A program made the position numbers and the translations under genes. A stretch of DNA of 59,808 bases, the filler included. It is 4 parts of 4 records of this genome, joined end to end, with 100 filler letters (N's around TTAATTAATTAA, not from the genome) between each part and the next. Parts side by side here need not be neighbours in the genome. Positions count along the whole stretch, not along the records: positions 12,702 to 32,593 come from SRR22947727_4357; 3 more parts are not named here. One strand, given 5' to 3'. The notes beneath the pieces are model-generated. The model was given only the letters and a program-made list of their open reading frames with translations, did not search any database and was not told the origin of the DNA. Each line of letters opens with the position of its first letter. Positions within the stretch are counted from its first letter, which is position 1. Shown here piece after piece: positions 19,478-28,592 of this stretch.

Positions 19478-21315
19478 TTGGCGGCCTTCGTCTTTGTTGA
19501 CGAAGACGAAATTCTTAAATCGGTCACGATTTCAATATCGGCCTCGGAAATATCGGGCTGTTTCTCGATGGACCGGGCCGTTTTATTGGCAACTTCGAGA
19601 TCCGGCATCTCATCAGCTATGATGCGATAGACCACGTGGATCCATTTCCCTTCGCGGTCGACTTTCTCAACGGTAACATCGTCTTCCGTTGTCGGAAATC
19701 CAGCCTCTTGAAGGTTTGCGATCAGGGCCGATTTTAAATCTTCCCGGCTGGAGCTCTTTTTAGAAATCAAAACGGAAGTCAGCGGTACAATCAGGATCGA
19801 AACGCTGATGAAAAGGCAGATCACGGTTCGGCGAACCCAGAGCGAGCCATTTCCAGTTCCCTGACCGCGAACGCCGTTGGCAAAAAAATTGAGGGCCGAG
19901 GCTAAAATAATAGCAACTACGTTGGTCGCGAAAAGAAGGGCTGCGCCGCTGGCATTGCTCCATTCTTGAAGCGCAAGAGAGATCCCCACCGTCGCGATCG
20001 GTGGAACCAGGGCCGCCGCAATGGCAACGCCGGCAAGGGCCGATGACAATCCGGGGCGGGCAATGCAGTAACTCGCCGCAATTCCCGAAAGCGCCGCGAC
20101 GCCAAAATCGAGGAGATTGGGTCCACCTCGACTAGCCAGCTCACTGGTCAATGTCGAAAGCGGCGCGAGAAACCCCATCAGAGTTCCAATCGCGAGAGCG
20201 GCAAGGAATCCGAGAACGATCGCCCGTAAACAGGTTCGCATGAGCGGGAGATTTCCCTGAACCAGTGCGAGTCCGCTTCCTAGAAGCGGCGTCATCAATG
20301 GCGCAACGAGCATTGCGCCGATCACGACAGCGGCACTGTCCTGAATTAAACCGAGCGAGGCAATTCCCGTCGCTAGAGCCATCAGCGCCAGGAAATCAAA
20401 GCTCCAGCGAGAGTTGGTTTGTAGTTTCTCAAAAAGCTCAATGCGTTCTTCACGAGTCAGCTGAGGAATCCGAAGTGTCATGAAGCGCTCAAGGCGTTGC
20501 TTCAATCGATGGTGCATGGACCGCTGTTTTCGAATCACGGCAATCGTCGATGCTTCTTCGCCTTCGAGCAGTCCATCGGGAACAGAGCCAAACAGCTTTC
20601 GTTTCACGGTAGTACTGTTGCTGGCCCCAATCAGAATCAAATCATACGAGCCTGCGCTCGCGGCTTCGCGAAGCCCTTCAAGAACTTTGTCTGCCACGAC
20701 GACTTCCTGAGCAACGTGCTCTTTTTCGAGACGGTCGATTCCAGCATCGTCCAAAACTCGATTGAGAATTCGCATGCCAACCGCCTTCCCATCTTCATCG
20801 CCAATGCCCAATTCGATAAAAAGCGCGGTGATCTTTCCTTTAAAACGCTTGGCCACTCGGCTTCCGAGCCGCAGAGCCACCTTTGAATGCGGGCCGCCTG
20901 AACTTGGGATCAAAACCGCATCGCATTCTTCCAAACGGCGTGCTCCCAATCTTATTGCCACTGCGTTGCACGGGGCGAGATCAAAAAGCTCGCGACACAG
21001 ACGGCGAATTTCGGGATCGGAGTCATCCGACCGGTTTTGCCCCACCATAAGAAGCGAAATGCCATTTTTATCGATCTGCTCAAGGACGGCATCTCTATCA
21101 GGCGACGCATCGATCGGTAAAATCTGAAGCTCAGGGACAACGTCATGGCCCTCGGTTTTCCAAAGATCAATGTGCCCTTGAACCACCTCTTCCGTCATTG
21201 AAGGCGGATAAAAAACAACAAGGCGTGCTTTTTCGTAGGCCAACGCAAAAAGCATCGACCAGCGAATAAGGCCCTCTGCCTCTGCTGAGGACGTGATGAG
21301 TGTTGCCACTGGCAT
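19474..21315 (-). CDS. Universal-stress-domain + DUF389 membrane protein
   Basis: N-terminal Usp-like segments (IPSSGGPHS, YDLILIGAS...LFGS); DUF389 motifs VIGAMLVAPLMTP and GVAIAAALVPP. Confidence 0.85.
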   Translation of the reverse strand: MPVATLITSSAEAEGLIRWSMLFALAYEKARLVVFYPPSMTEEVVQGHIDLWKTEGHDVVPELQILPIDASPDRDAVLEQIDKNGISLLMVGQNRSDDSDPEIRRLCRELFDLAPCNAVAIRLGARRLEECDAVLIPSSGGPHSKVALRLGSRVAKRFKGKITALFIELGIGDEDGKAVGMRILNRVLDDAGIDRLEKEHVAQEVVVADKVLEGLREAASAGSYDLILIGASNSTTVKRKLFGSVPDGLLEGEEASTIAVIRKQRSMHHRLKQRLERFMTLRIPQLTREERIELFEKLQTNSRWSFDFLALMALATGIASLGLIQDSAAVVIGAMLVAPLMTPLLGSGLALVQGNLPLMRTCLRAIVLGFLAALAIGTLMGFLAPLSTLTSELASRGGPNLLDFGVAALSGIAASYCIARPGLSSALAGVAIAAALVPPIATVGISLALQEWSNASGAALLFATNVVAIILASALNFFANGVRGQGTGNGSLWVRRTVICLFISVSILIVPLTSVLISKKSSSREDLKSALIANLQEAGFPTTEDDVTVEKVDREGKWIHVVYRIIADEMPDLEVANKTARSIEKQPDISEADIEIVTDLRISSSSTKTKAAN

Positions 21316-21740
21316 ACGCCAATGATGACCAGTTTTCCGCTGAGGGTTAATCTAAATTTTACAATATTTTATACCGGCAAAATTTTATTAACTCACCCCA
21401 AAAATCAAAAAAACATGACCGCTGAAACTGGAGTCGCTCTAATTATCTTTAAAATTTAATTTAATTGAATTATTAAGAAAACTAAATAAACTGTAGTGGC
21501 TTTAAGAAGTGCTGATTGGCTCGAAAATTCTGGAAATTTAAAAAATTCCGGTAAAACCCATCAAAACTTCTGAAAGTCAGGGACTTCCCCACCAGCCAAT
21601 TGCTTGTGAAAAATTTCCCCTCAGATCACCACTTCACCTCCAAACAAGGTTTCGCCGAAAGAGAAGGCGGGCGACCAGTGGCGGTAACGTGCTTGAGTTT
21701 TTCCAAAGCCCGTTGAAGTTCGGCTCTCTTTTCCCGAAAC

Positions 21741-22757
21741 ATGTCTGATCTCGCCTCTACTGAATCGCTCGCTCTTGTCGATGCGTTTTCCAAACAACGC
21801 CTTCTCGTTGTAGGAGACGTGATGCTCGATTGGTTTATTTGGGGCGCCGTTTCTCGCATTTCTCCAGAAGCACCCGTTCCGGTTGTCGAAGTTCAGCGTG
21901 AAAATCGTTATCCCGGTGGGGCTGCCAACGTGGCACGAAATATCACGCCTTTTGGTTCGCACATCGAACTGGCTGGACTATTCGGACACGACCCGAATGG
22001 GAAACTACTTCTCGAAACGCTTAGCGAAAACGGAATTGGAACAGACCTCCTGCTTCAAACCGGAGGAATTCCGACGATTACAAAAACTCGGGTAATCGCG
22101 GGACATCAGCAAGTGGTGCGGATTGACCGTGAGCGTAAAGTATTTTTGAGCTCCGAGCAGGAGCAAAAGGTGGTCGACGGGATCATGAGAATCGCCGATC
22201 AGCTCGACGGTGTGATCATCGAAGATTACGGGAAGGGCCTCATCACTCCGAGTCTGGCTGAAAAAATCATCGCCGTCGCGAATTCGAAAAACCTCGTGGT
22301 GACGGTTGATCCCAAGCCTGGCAATCCGATTCCCTGGAAAGGATGCACCTGTGTTAAACCAAATCGCAGCGAGGCATTTGCCGCAGCCGGCGTGGAAGAT
22401 CTCACTCGAAACGACGATGTCCCGCCGCTTGAAGACAAGGTGCTGCTTCAAACAGGTCATCAGCTCCTCGAAACGTGGCAGAGCGATCACGTATTGGTGA
22501 CGCTCGGCGAATTGGGCATGCTGCTTTTCTCGAAAGACAGCGACGCGCCATTTCACATCCCGACTCGTGCTCAGGAAGTGTTTGATGTTTCCGGAGCGGG
22601 CGATACCGCGATTGCCGTGTTCACCTTGGCGCTGTGTGCCGGGGCGAGTGCGAAAAAAGCCGCCGAACTTTCTAATGTTGCCAGTGGCATTGTCGTTGGG
22701 AAGTTGGGAACCGCGCCGATTGAGCGCGATGAACTGATTACCGCCCTTCAAAAATGA
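21741..22757 (+). CDS. rfaE1: D-glycero-beta-D-manno-heptose-7-phosphate kinase (stand-alone HldE/RfaE domain I)
   Basis: VGDVMLD, RISPEAPVPVV, GGAANVARN, DYGKG, DVSGAGDT; no adenylyltransferase domain. Confidence 0.92.
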   Translation: MSDLASTESLALVDAFSKQRLLVVGDVMLDWFIWGAVSRISPEAPVPVVEVQRENRYPGGAANVARNITPFGSHIELAGLFGHDPNGKLLLETLSENGIGTDLLLQTGGIPTITKTRVIAGHQQVVRIDRERKVFLSSEQEQKVVDGIMRIADQLDGVIIEDYGKGLITPSLAEKIIAVANSKNLVVTVDPKPGNPIPWKGCTCVKPNRSEAFAAAGVEDLTRNDDVPPLEDKVLLQTGHQLLETWQSDHVLVTLGELGMLLFSKDSDAPFHIPTRAQEVFDVSGAGDTAIAVFTLALCAGASAKKAAELSNVASGIVVGKLGTAPIERDELITALQK

Positions 22758-23329
22758 GCCATTCCGATATCATCGCCGCCACGATTGCTGATCACGCCGC
22801 CACAGTGGAACGCTTTCGCGAACAGTGTTCGGAAACCATTGCTGAAATCGCTGATTTGGTGATCCAATCGCTCGCGGCAGGTGGAAAAATTTGTTTCTTC
22901 GGAAATGGGGGATCAGCCGCTGACTCCCAACATTTCGCCGCTGAATTTGTGGTTCGTTTCACGAGAAACCGCAAACCACTCGCATCGATTGCGTTTACGA
23001 CTGACACCTCAATCCTTACGGCGGCTGGGAACGATTTCGGCTACGAGTCCGTTTTCGCCCGCCAGGTCGAAGGCCTGTGTCAGCCGAACGATTTGGTCAT
23101 TGGAATTTCAACGTCGGGAACCAGCAAAAACGTAGTCGCTGGACTCGAATCAGCAAAGAGCATGGGCGTGAAATGCGTCGCCTTCACCGGCGAAAACGCT
23201 GCGACCTGCGGCGATTTTGCCGATGTATCTTTGTGTGTCCCATCGCCCGTCACCGCAAGGGTTCAGGAATGCCACCTTATCGCCGGTCACTTGATTTGTG
23301 ATCTCGGCGAGTTGGCTTTTTCCGAATAA
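22754..23329 (+). CDS. gmhA: Phosphoheptose isomerase
   Basis: GNGGSAADSQHFAAE, GNDFGY, STSG, RVQECH; overlaps the rfaE1 stop. Confidence 0.95.
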   Translation: MSHSDIIAATIADHAATVERFREQCSETIAEIADLVIQSLAAGGKICFFGNGGSAADSQHFAAEFVVRFTRNRKPLASIAFTTDTSILTAAGNDFGYESVFARQVEGLCQPNDLVIGISTSGTSKNVVAGLESAKSMGVKCVAFTGENAATCGDFADVSLCVPSPVTARVQECHLIAGHLICDLGELAFSE

Positions 23330-23429
23330 ACAGGGTTGGTTCGAAAAGGTAAAACGAACCAACAGAGTCTGTTCGACGAACCAATAGGGTTGATTCGAAA
23401 AAGCAAAACGATCCAATAAGGTTGGTTCG
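23323..23429. repeat. Four tandem 21-bp REP-like palindromes (54-bp dimer x2)
   Basis: Units at 23323-343, 23355-375, 23377-397, 23409-429; spacers aaaaggtaaaa / a / aaaaagcaaaa. Confidence 0.85.
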
Positions 23430-23475
23430 TGCGAAGTCATTTTTTGGAATGTCACGTCTTTTAGATAAATTTCCG

Positions 23476-23634
23476 ATGCTTCACAGCGTCGTTTCGAACG
23501 TGAGTTGGCGAATGGCGGAGCGATTGATCGCCGTTGCGTTTTCGACCGGAACCGGTGCCTGGGTGGCACGTTATTTGGGGCCGGAAGAATTTGGAGTTCT
23601 CGGGGCAGCGCTTTCGATTTCCATGCGGGATTGA
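23476..23634 (+). pseudogene. N-terminal remnant of a Wzx-type polysaccharide flippase
   Basis: SNVSWRMAERLIAVAFSTGTGAWVARYLGPEEFGVL. ARYLGPEEFG is the typical first-TM motif of Wzx flippases; the frame stops after about 50 aa. Confidence 0.75.
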
Positions 23635-23783
23635 TTCCGTCCGCGCCTGAGAAATTTCAGCAGTCCGGATTGGAATGGTTTTATCGACTTTGCACGGAGC
23701 CAAAACGGTTGTGGCCGAGGTATTCGAAAATCGTTCCCCGGTTTTTGTGGGGCTCGTTTCGGCAGATTCTGAGTCATTCCTAG
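23603..23783 (+). pseudogene. C-terminal remnant of a WecB/TagA/CpsF (WecG-like) glycosyltransferase
   Basis: GSAFDFHAGLIPSAPEKFQQSGLEWFYRLCTEPKRLWPRY matches the GxxFDFxAG...AP...GLEWxYRLxxEPxRLWxRY signature. Confidence 0.8.
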
Positions 23784-23880
23784 CAACCAATTTTCCCAAA
23801 AAATAGAAAACGGCGAAGCTGCAAATCTCTTCCTCTCTTCGGGTTGAGATTTGCGGCTTCGCCGTTTTACGTTGTCGCAG

Positions 23881-24717
23881 ATGATCTGGACCTGCCGCGA
23901 CAAAACATTCGATCTCACCAAACGGGGAGAGATCATGGGAATCCTCAATGTCACGCCGGATTCATTTTCGGACGGCGGTCAATTTGTTGATGTCGATCAA
24001 GCTGTCGCTCACGGAATCGCAATGCTGGATGACGGTGCGGGAATTATTGATATCGGCGGTGAGTCGACGCGCCCTGGAGCGGATGATGTTTCAGAATCGG
24101 ATGAACTTGCGCGCGTGGTGCCGGTCATTGAAGGAATTACCGGTCAGCGCGCCGATGCAGTCATTTCAATCGATACCTCAAAATCGGAAGTCGCGCGGCA
24201 ATCAATTGCTGCCGGAGCCGTGATTATCAATGATGTGACCGGTTTGAAAGGCGACTCTGAAATGCTTTCGGTCGCGGCGGAATTAAACGCCGGCGTGGTG
24301 ATTATGCACATGAAGGGAACGCCGCGAACGATGCAATCCGAGCCTCATTACGACGATGTGGTTGCGGAAGTTCGGGAATTTTTTCAGGCTCAGCTGAAGT
24401 CGGCTCAAGCCGCTGGGATTTCAGATTCAGCGATCGTTTTTGATCCCGGAATCGGATTTGGAAAAACGATCGATCACAATGTGGGACTGTTACGTGATTT
24501 GAAAACGCTCACAGTCGCGGAACGGCCGATTTTGCTCGGCGTTTCCCGAAAATCATTTATCGGAAAGCTGATTGATTCCGAGGAAGTTGCTGACCGGAAT
24601 TGGCCGACCGTTGCGCTGACATCCTACGCTCGTGAGCAAGGAATTCGCCTCCACCGCGTCCACGAGGTGAAGCCAAATAGTGAAGCCCTGAGAATGACCG
24701 AGGCGATTCTAGGTTGA
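23881..24717 (+). CDS. folP: Dihydropteroate synthase
   Basis: MGILNVTPDSFSDGG, DIGGESTRPG, DPGIGFGK, SRKSF. Confidence 0.96.
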   Translation: MIWTCRDKTFDLTKRGEIMGILNVTPDSFSDGGQFVDVDQAVAHGIAMLDDGAGIIDIGGESTRPGADDVSESDELARVVPVIEGITGQRADAVISIDTSKSEVARQSIAAGAVIINDVTGLKGDSEMLSVAAELNAGVVIMHMKGTPRTMQSEPHYDDVVAEVREFFQAQLKSAQAAGISDSAIVFDPGIGFGKTIDHNVGLLRDLKTLTVAERPILLGVSRKSFIGKLIDSEEVADRNWPTVALTSYAREQGIRLHRVHEVKPNSEALRMTEAILG

Positions 24718-24755
24718 ATGGCTTGAAGACTGCTTTTCATTGAACCCATAAATTT

Positions 24756-26297
24756 ATGGAAGACGAAAACCCGTTCCGCGAGGAAGACCTCGCTATTCGC
24801 AATCGCCCCGAAGCGTGCACGCTTGTCATTTTCGGTGCGACGGGCGATTTGACCCATCGCAAGTTGATCCCGGCGCTTTACAATCTCGCTGCGGACGGAG
24901 ATTTGCCGGCTGGAATGCGGGTGATCGGTTTTGCGCGCCGCGAAAAATCAGACGAAGAATTTCGCGAGGGACTCGAAAAACAGAATCGCGAGAACTCCCG
25001 TCAGGATCATGACGATGCGTTGTGGGAAACGTTTTCGCAGTCGATTTCCTACCATCAGGCGAACTTTACCGATGCCGAGGGTTACGAGAGCCTGAACGAG
25101 AAATTGCTCGAGCTTGAAAAGGCCGGCGGCACAAAGAATCGGATGTTCTACATCGCTTCGGCCCCAGAATATTTTGATGATATCCTCCTGCAATTGGGAA
25201 GTGCGAAGCTGAACAAACCGGCTGAAGGAGCGTGGGCACGAGTGGTTGTCGAGAAGCCGTTTGGAAAAAATCTCAAGACCGCGCAGCATCTCAACAAGAT
25301 CGTCAGCGAAACATTTCCCGAGGCCGACACTTACCGGATTGATCACTATCTCGGCAAAGAAACCGCGCAAAACATTATGGTGCTGCGCTTCGCGAATGCC
25401 TTGTTCGAGTTGCTTTGGAACAACCGCTGCATTGATCACGTTCAACTCACGTGTGCCGAACACCTAGGGATGGAAGGCGGTCGGGGAGGTTACTACGACA
25501 AGTCCGGCGCGATGCGCGACATGGTTCAGAACCATCTGTTGCAGCTGCTCAGTCTCATTGCGATGGAGCCGCCGATTGATCTCTCAGCCGACGGTGTTCG
25601 GGATGAGAAAGTGAAGATTTTCAAAAGCCTGCGTCCGATTCGAACCATCGAAGACGTGTCAAAAAATGTGATTCGAGCCCAATACACTGCTGACACCGTG
25701 AACGGCGAAGACGTGGTTGGTTATCGCCGTGAAGACCGTGTGAACCCCGGTTCGATGACCGAAACCTACGTCGGTTTGCGGATCATGATCGACAACTGGC
25801 GCTGGGAAGGCGTTCCGTTTTACGTCCGAATGGGCAAGCGTTTGCCAAAGAAAACTACCGAGATTTCGATTCACTTCAAAGACGCTCCCGGGGTTTTGTT
25901 CAACTCGCTGCCTGGAGCCGAAATCGTCCCTGGAAACGTGCTCGTGATTCGGATTCAGCCCGACGAAGGCATTTCGCTCGGGATTCGTTCCAAGTTGCCT
26001 GGACCATCAGCACGACTTCAGCCGGTGAAAATGGATTTCCGTTATCAGACCGCATTTCGCAAATCGAGCCCCGAAGCCTATGAGCGCCTCTTGCTTGACG
26101 CGATGGCCGGCGATGCGACGCTTTTTGCCCGGAAAGACGAAGTCGAGACTGCATGGCAATTTGTCGATGCAATCGAAGACGCGTGGCACAAATCAGATGA
26201 TCCTCCGGTAATGGCCGAGTATCCCGCCGGATCGTGGGGGCCAAAAGAAGCCGATGATTTGCTCGAACGCGATGGCCGGAAATGGCGGCGTTTGTAG
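24756..26297 (+). CDS. zwf: Glucose-6-phosphate 1-dehydrogenase
   Basis: IFGATGDL, EKPFG, RIDHYLGKE, RDMVQNH, YERLL. Confidence 0.97.
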   Translation: MEDENPFREEDLAIRNRPEACTLVIFGATGDLTHRKLIPALYNLAADGDLPAGMRVIGFARREKSDEEFREGLEKQNRENSRQDHDDALWETFSQSISYHQANFTDAEGYESLNEKLLELEKAGGTKNRMFYIASAPEYFDDILLQLGSAKLNKPAEGAWARVVVEKPFGKNLKTAQHLNKIVSETFPEADTYRIDHYLGKETAQNIMVLRFANALFELLWNNRCIDHVQLTCAEHLGMEGGRGGYYDKSGAMRDMVQNHLLQLLSLIAMEPPIDLSADGVRDEKVKIFKSLRPIRTIEDVSKNVIRAQYTADTVNGEDVVGYRREDRVNPGSMTETYVGLRIMIDNWRWEGVPFYVRMGKRLPKKTTEISIHFKDAPGVLFNSLPGAEIVPGNVLVIRIQPDEGISLGIRSKLPGPSARLQPVKMDFRYQTAFRKSSPEAYERLLLDAMAGDATLFARKDEVETAWQFVDAIEDAWHKSDDPPVMAEYPAGSWGPKEADDLLERDGRKWRRL

Positions 26298-26560
26298 GAA
26301 GGTCACTCCACGCAAGCCGAGGCAACTCAGGCTTTATAAGCCCGAGTGACAAAAAATAAACTGCCTTTTTTCGGAGTTGTTGCTTGGGCCCAAAAGCGGT
26401 TCGAGCCGTCGCCGGCGCTTGTGCGGCCAATCCTCTGGCCGTTGCGATCCCTTGTCACCGCGCGGTGCGAATGGATGGCGGTATTTCGGGTTATCGATGG
26501 GGAGTTGAGCGAAAACGTAATCTTTTGAAAAAGGAAGCGAGAGGTTAGAAACGCAATCCA

Positions 26561-27181
26561 ATGGACCTTTTCAAACCAGATCCTGCCGAAAATTTATTGC
26601 CTTGCAATGGTGTAGTAAATTACTACGGCCCCATTTTTTCGGGTGAAGATTCCGATCGAATTTTTGAGGGGCTTTTCAAAGAAATTCTTTGGAAGAACGA
26701 CGAAGCCTTCATTTTTGGAAAGCACTACGTGACCGCTCGGAAAGTTGCGTGGTATGGCGATTCCGGATTTCACTATTCTTATTCCGGCGCGACAAAATTT
26801 GCCCTTGATTGGACGGACGAATTGTTAAAATTGAAGGAAATCGTTGAAGAAAAAACAGGCGATGATTTCAATTCGTGTCTGTTAAACCTCTATCATACTG
26901 GGGATGAAGGAATGGCCTGGCACAGCGACGACGAGAAAAGCTTGGGCCGAAATTCCAGTATCGCATCGCTCAGTTTTGGGGCAGAACGCCCGTTTCGATT
27001 CAAGCACAAACAGACTGCGGAAGTCATTCCGGTCATGCTTGATTCCGGCAGTTTGTTGGTGATGAAAGGGGAGACTCAAACTCATTGGAGGCATCGCCTT
27101 CCGAAAACGAAAAAGGTGAAAACGCCACGGATCAATCTGACGTTTCGAAAAATGATTGAAGGAACCGTTTCCGAATCCTGA
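26561..27181 (+). CDS. AlkB-family 2OG-Fe(II) dioxygenase (ALKBH2/3-like)
   Basis: RKVAWYG, FNSCLLNLY, HSDDE (HxD), HRLPK, RINLTFR. Confidence 0.92.
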   Translation: MDLFKPDPAENLLPCNGVVNYYGPIFSGEDSDRIFEGLFKEILWKNDEAFIFGKHYVTARKVAWYGDSGFHYSYSGATKFALDWTDELLKLKEIVEEKTGDDFNSCLLNLYHTGDEGMAWHSDDEKSLGRNSSIASLSFGAERPFRFKHKQTAEVIPVMLDSGSLLVMKGETQTHWRHRLPKTKKVKTPRINLTFRKMIEGTVSES

Positions 27182-27187
27182 TTTTCG

Positions 27188-28222
27188 TTGCAGGTTATTC
27201 GAGTGAAAACTGACGAAAAATTCATGAAACTCGCGCTCCGCGAGGGTCGCAAAGGGCTTGGGCGAACGAGCCCGAATCCTGCAGTTGGAGCGGTTATTGT
27301 TTCGAAGAATGGCAAAGAAGTTCTTGGGCGAGGCTGGCATCACAAAGCGGGTCATCCGCATGCGGAGATTGAGGCTATTGCCGATGCTAAAGCAAAATTC
27401 CCGCGTCGTTCGCTCGCGGGAACGACGATTTTTGTGACGCTGGAACCGTGTTCCACGAGCGGGAAAACAGGCGCGTGCACGGATGCGATTTTGGAAGCGA
27501 AATTTGGTCGGGTGGTCATCGGAACGCTCGATCCCAATCCGGACCATGCGGGCGCAGCTGTTCGGATTTTGGCAAAAACCGGGATCGATGTGAGTGTCGG
27601 AGTCTGTGAAATGGAATGCCGCGAACTGATCCGTTTTTTCGCGAAGCACATCACGACGGGAAAACCGTATGTCATCGCAAAATCAGCGATCACGCTTGAT
27701 GGCAGAACCACGCTCACCAAAGCTCGGGGGCAATGGATCAGTGGGCCAGAGTCTCGCGAAGATGTTCAGAAACTCCGAGCTGAATGCGATGCTGTTTTGA
27801 TTGGAGGCGAGACGGCGCGGGCGGATAATCCATCGCTCACACTTCGCGGAAAACACGCCGTTGGGCGAGAACAGCCGTATCGGTTTGTGCTTACGGCGAT
27901 CAAAGAATTGCCGGACGATTTAAACCTGTTCACTGATAAATTTGCCGATCGGACGGAGGTATTTCACGGCAAATCGCTGTCGCGAGTGCTCACCACGTTG
28001 GGGAAACGGGGAATCACTTCTGTTTTGCTGGAATCCGGCGGTCGGTTGTTTGCTCACGGAATTGCCAAGAAATTAATCGACGAAGTCGTGATTTATCAGG
28101 CGCCAATCATCGGGGGAGGCGGCAAACGCCTCATGCAAGTTGATGACATCATCGCTGATTTGGAAAATGTACGGGTCACAAAAAGCGGCGTCGACTCAAG
28201 AATTCAGGGAACGATTCGCTGA
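27188..28222 (+). CDS. ribD: Bifunctional riboflavin biosynthesis deaminase/reductase
   Basis: PNPAVGAVIV, HAE, TLEPC...C, TLDGR, DNPSL, ESGG. Confidence 0.95.
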   Translation: MQVIRVKTDEKFMKLALREGRKGLGRTSPNPAVGAVIVSKNGKEVLGRGWHHKAGHPHAEIEAIADAKAKFPRRSLAGTTIFVTLEPCSTSGKTGACTDAILEAKFGRVVIGTLDPNPDHAGAAVRILAKTGIDVSVGVCEMECRELIRFFAKHITTGKPYVIAKSAITLDGRTTLTKARGQWISGPESREDVQKLRAECDAVLIGGETARADNPSLTLRGKHAVGREQPYRFVLTAIKELPDDLNLFTDKFADRTEVFHGKSLSRVLTTLGKRGITSVLLESGGRLFAHGIAKKLIDEVVIYQAPIIGGGGKRLMQVDDIIADLENVRVTKSGVDSRIQGTIR

Positions 28223-28227
28223 GTTTT

Positions 28228-28270
28228 CGAATCAATAGGGTTGCTTCATCGTACATACCCTGTTGGTTCG
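28228..28270. repeat. Inverted pair of 21-bp REP-like palindromes between convergent genes
   Basis: cgaatcaatagggttgcttca + t + cgtacataccctgttggttcg. Confidence 0.8.
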
Positions 28271-28277
28271 TAAAACC

Positions 28278-28574
28278 TTACTCCTCTTCGCTTGAAGCAT
28301 CTGCGGCAGAAGCTTCTGCTGCCTCGCGACTTTTGATGAGATTTTCGATTTGATCGAAATGACCTTGATGAACGCGCCGGCGTTCGTGCTTCGTCCAGAT
28401 GATATCACGGAAGTCTTTGAGGTCCGATAATGGGAATTCTTCGGGCTCGAAATAAGTCCAGCGCTCCGCTTTTTTGCTCTTGGATTGAAAGCGCCATTTG
28501 CCGGCATGCTGATTCGCACGGTGAAAAATGATTTCACCGTCCTCTTTTCGATCTCGCCATTCGTGCCTTGCCAT
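28278..28574 (-). CDS. Hypothetical protein (98 aa)
   Basis: MARHEWRDRKEDGE...; starting at 28574 avoids overlap with the divergent gene; protein-like composition. Confidence 0.65.
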   Translation of the reverse strand: MARHEWRDRKEDGEIIFHRANQHAGKWRFQSKSKKAERWTYFEPEEFPLSDLKDFRDIIWTKHERRRVHQGHFDQIENLIKSREAAEASAADASSEEE

Positions 28575-28592
28575 GTCATAGGTTTGCCATCC

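Noticed and set aside
21316..21740. AT-rich divergent intergenic region as an ncRNA or mobile-element end
   Set aside because: Only a short cgcc/ggcg hairpin; consistent with ordinary divergent promoters.
23323..23429. Mini CRISPR array
   Set aside because: Spacers are 11, 1 and 11 nt and resemble each other, repeats are degenerate and dispersed elsewhere, and no cas genes are present.
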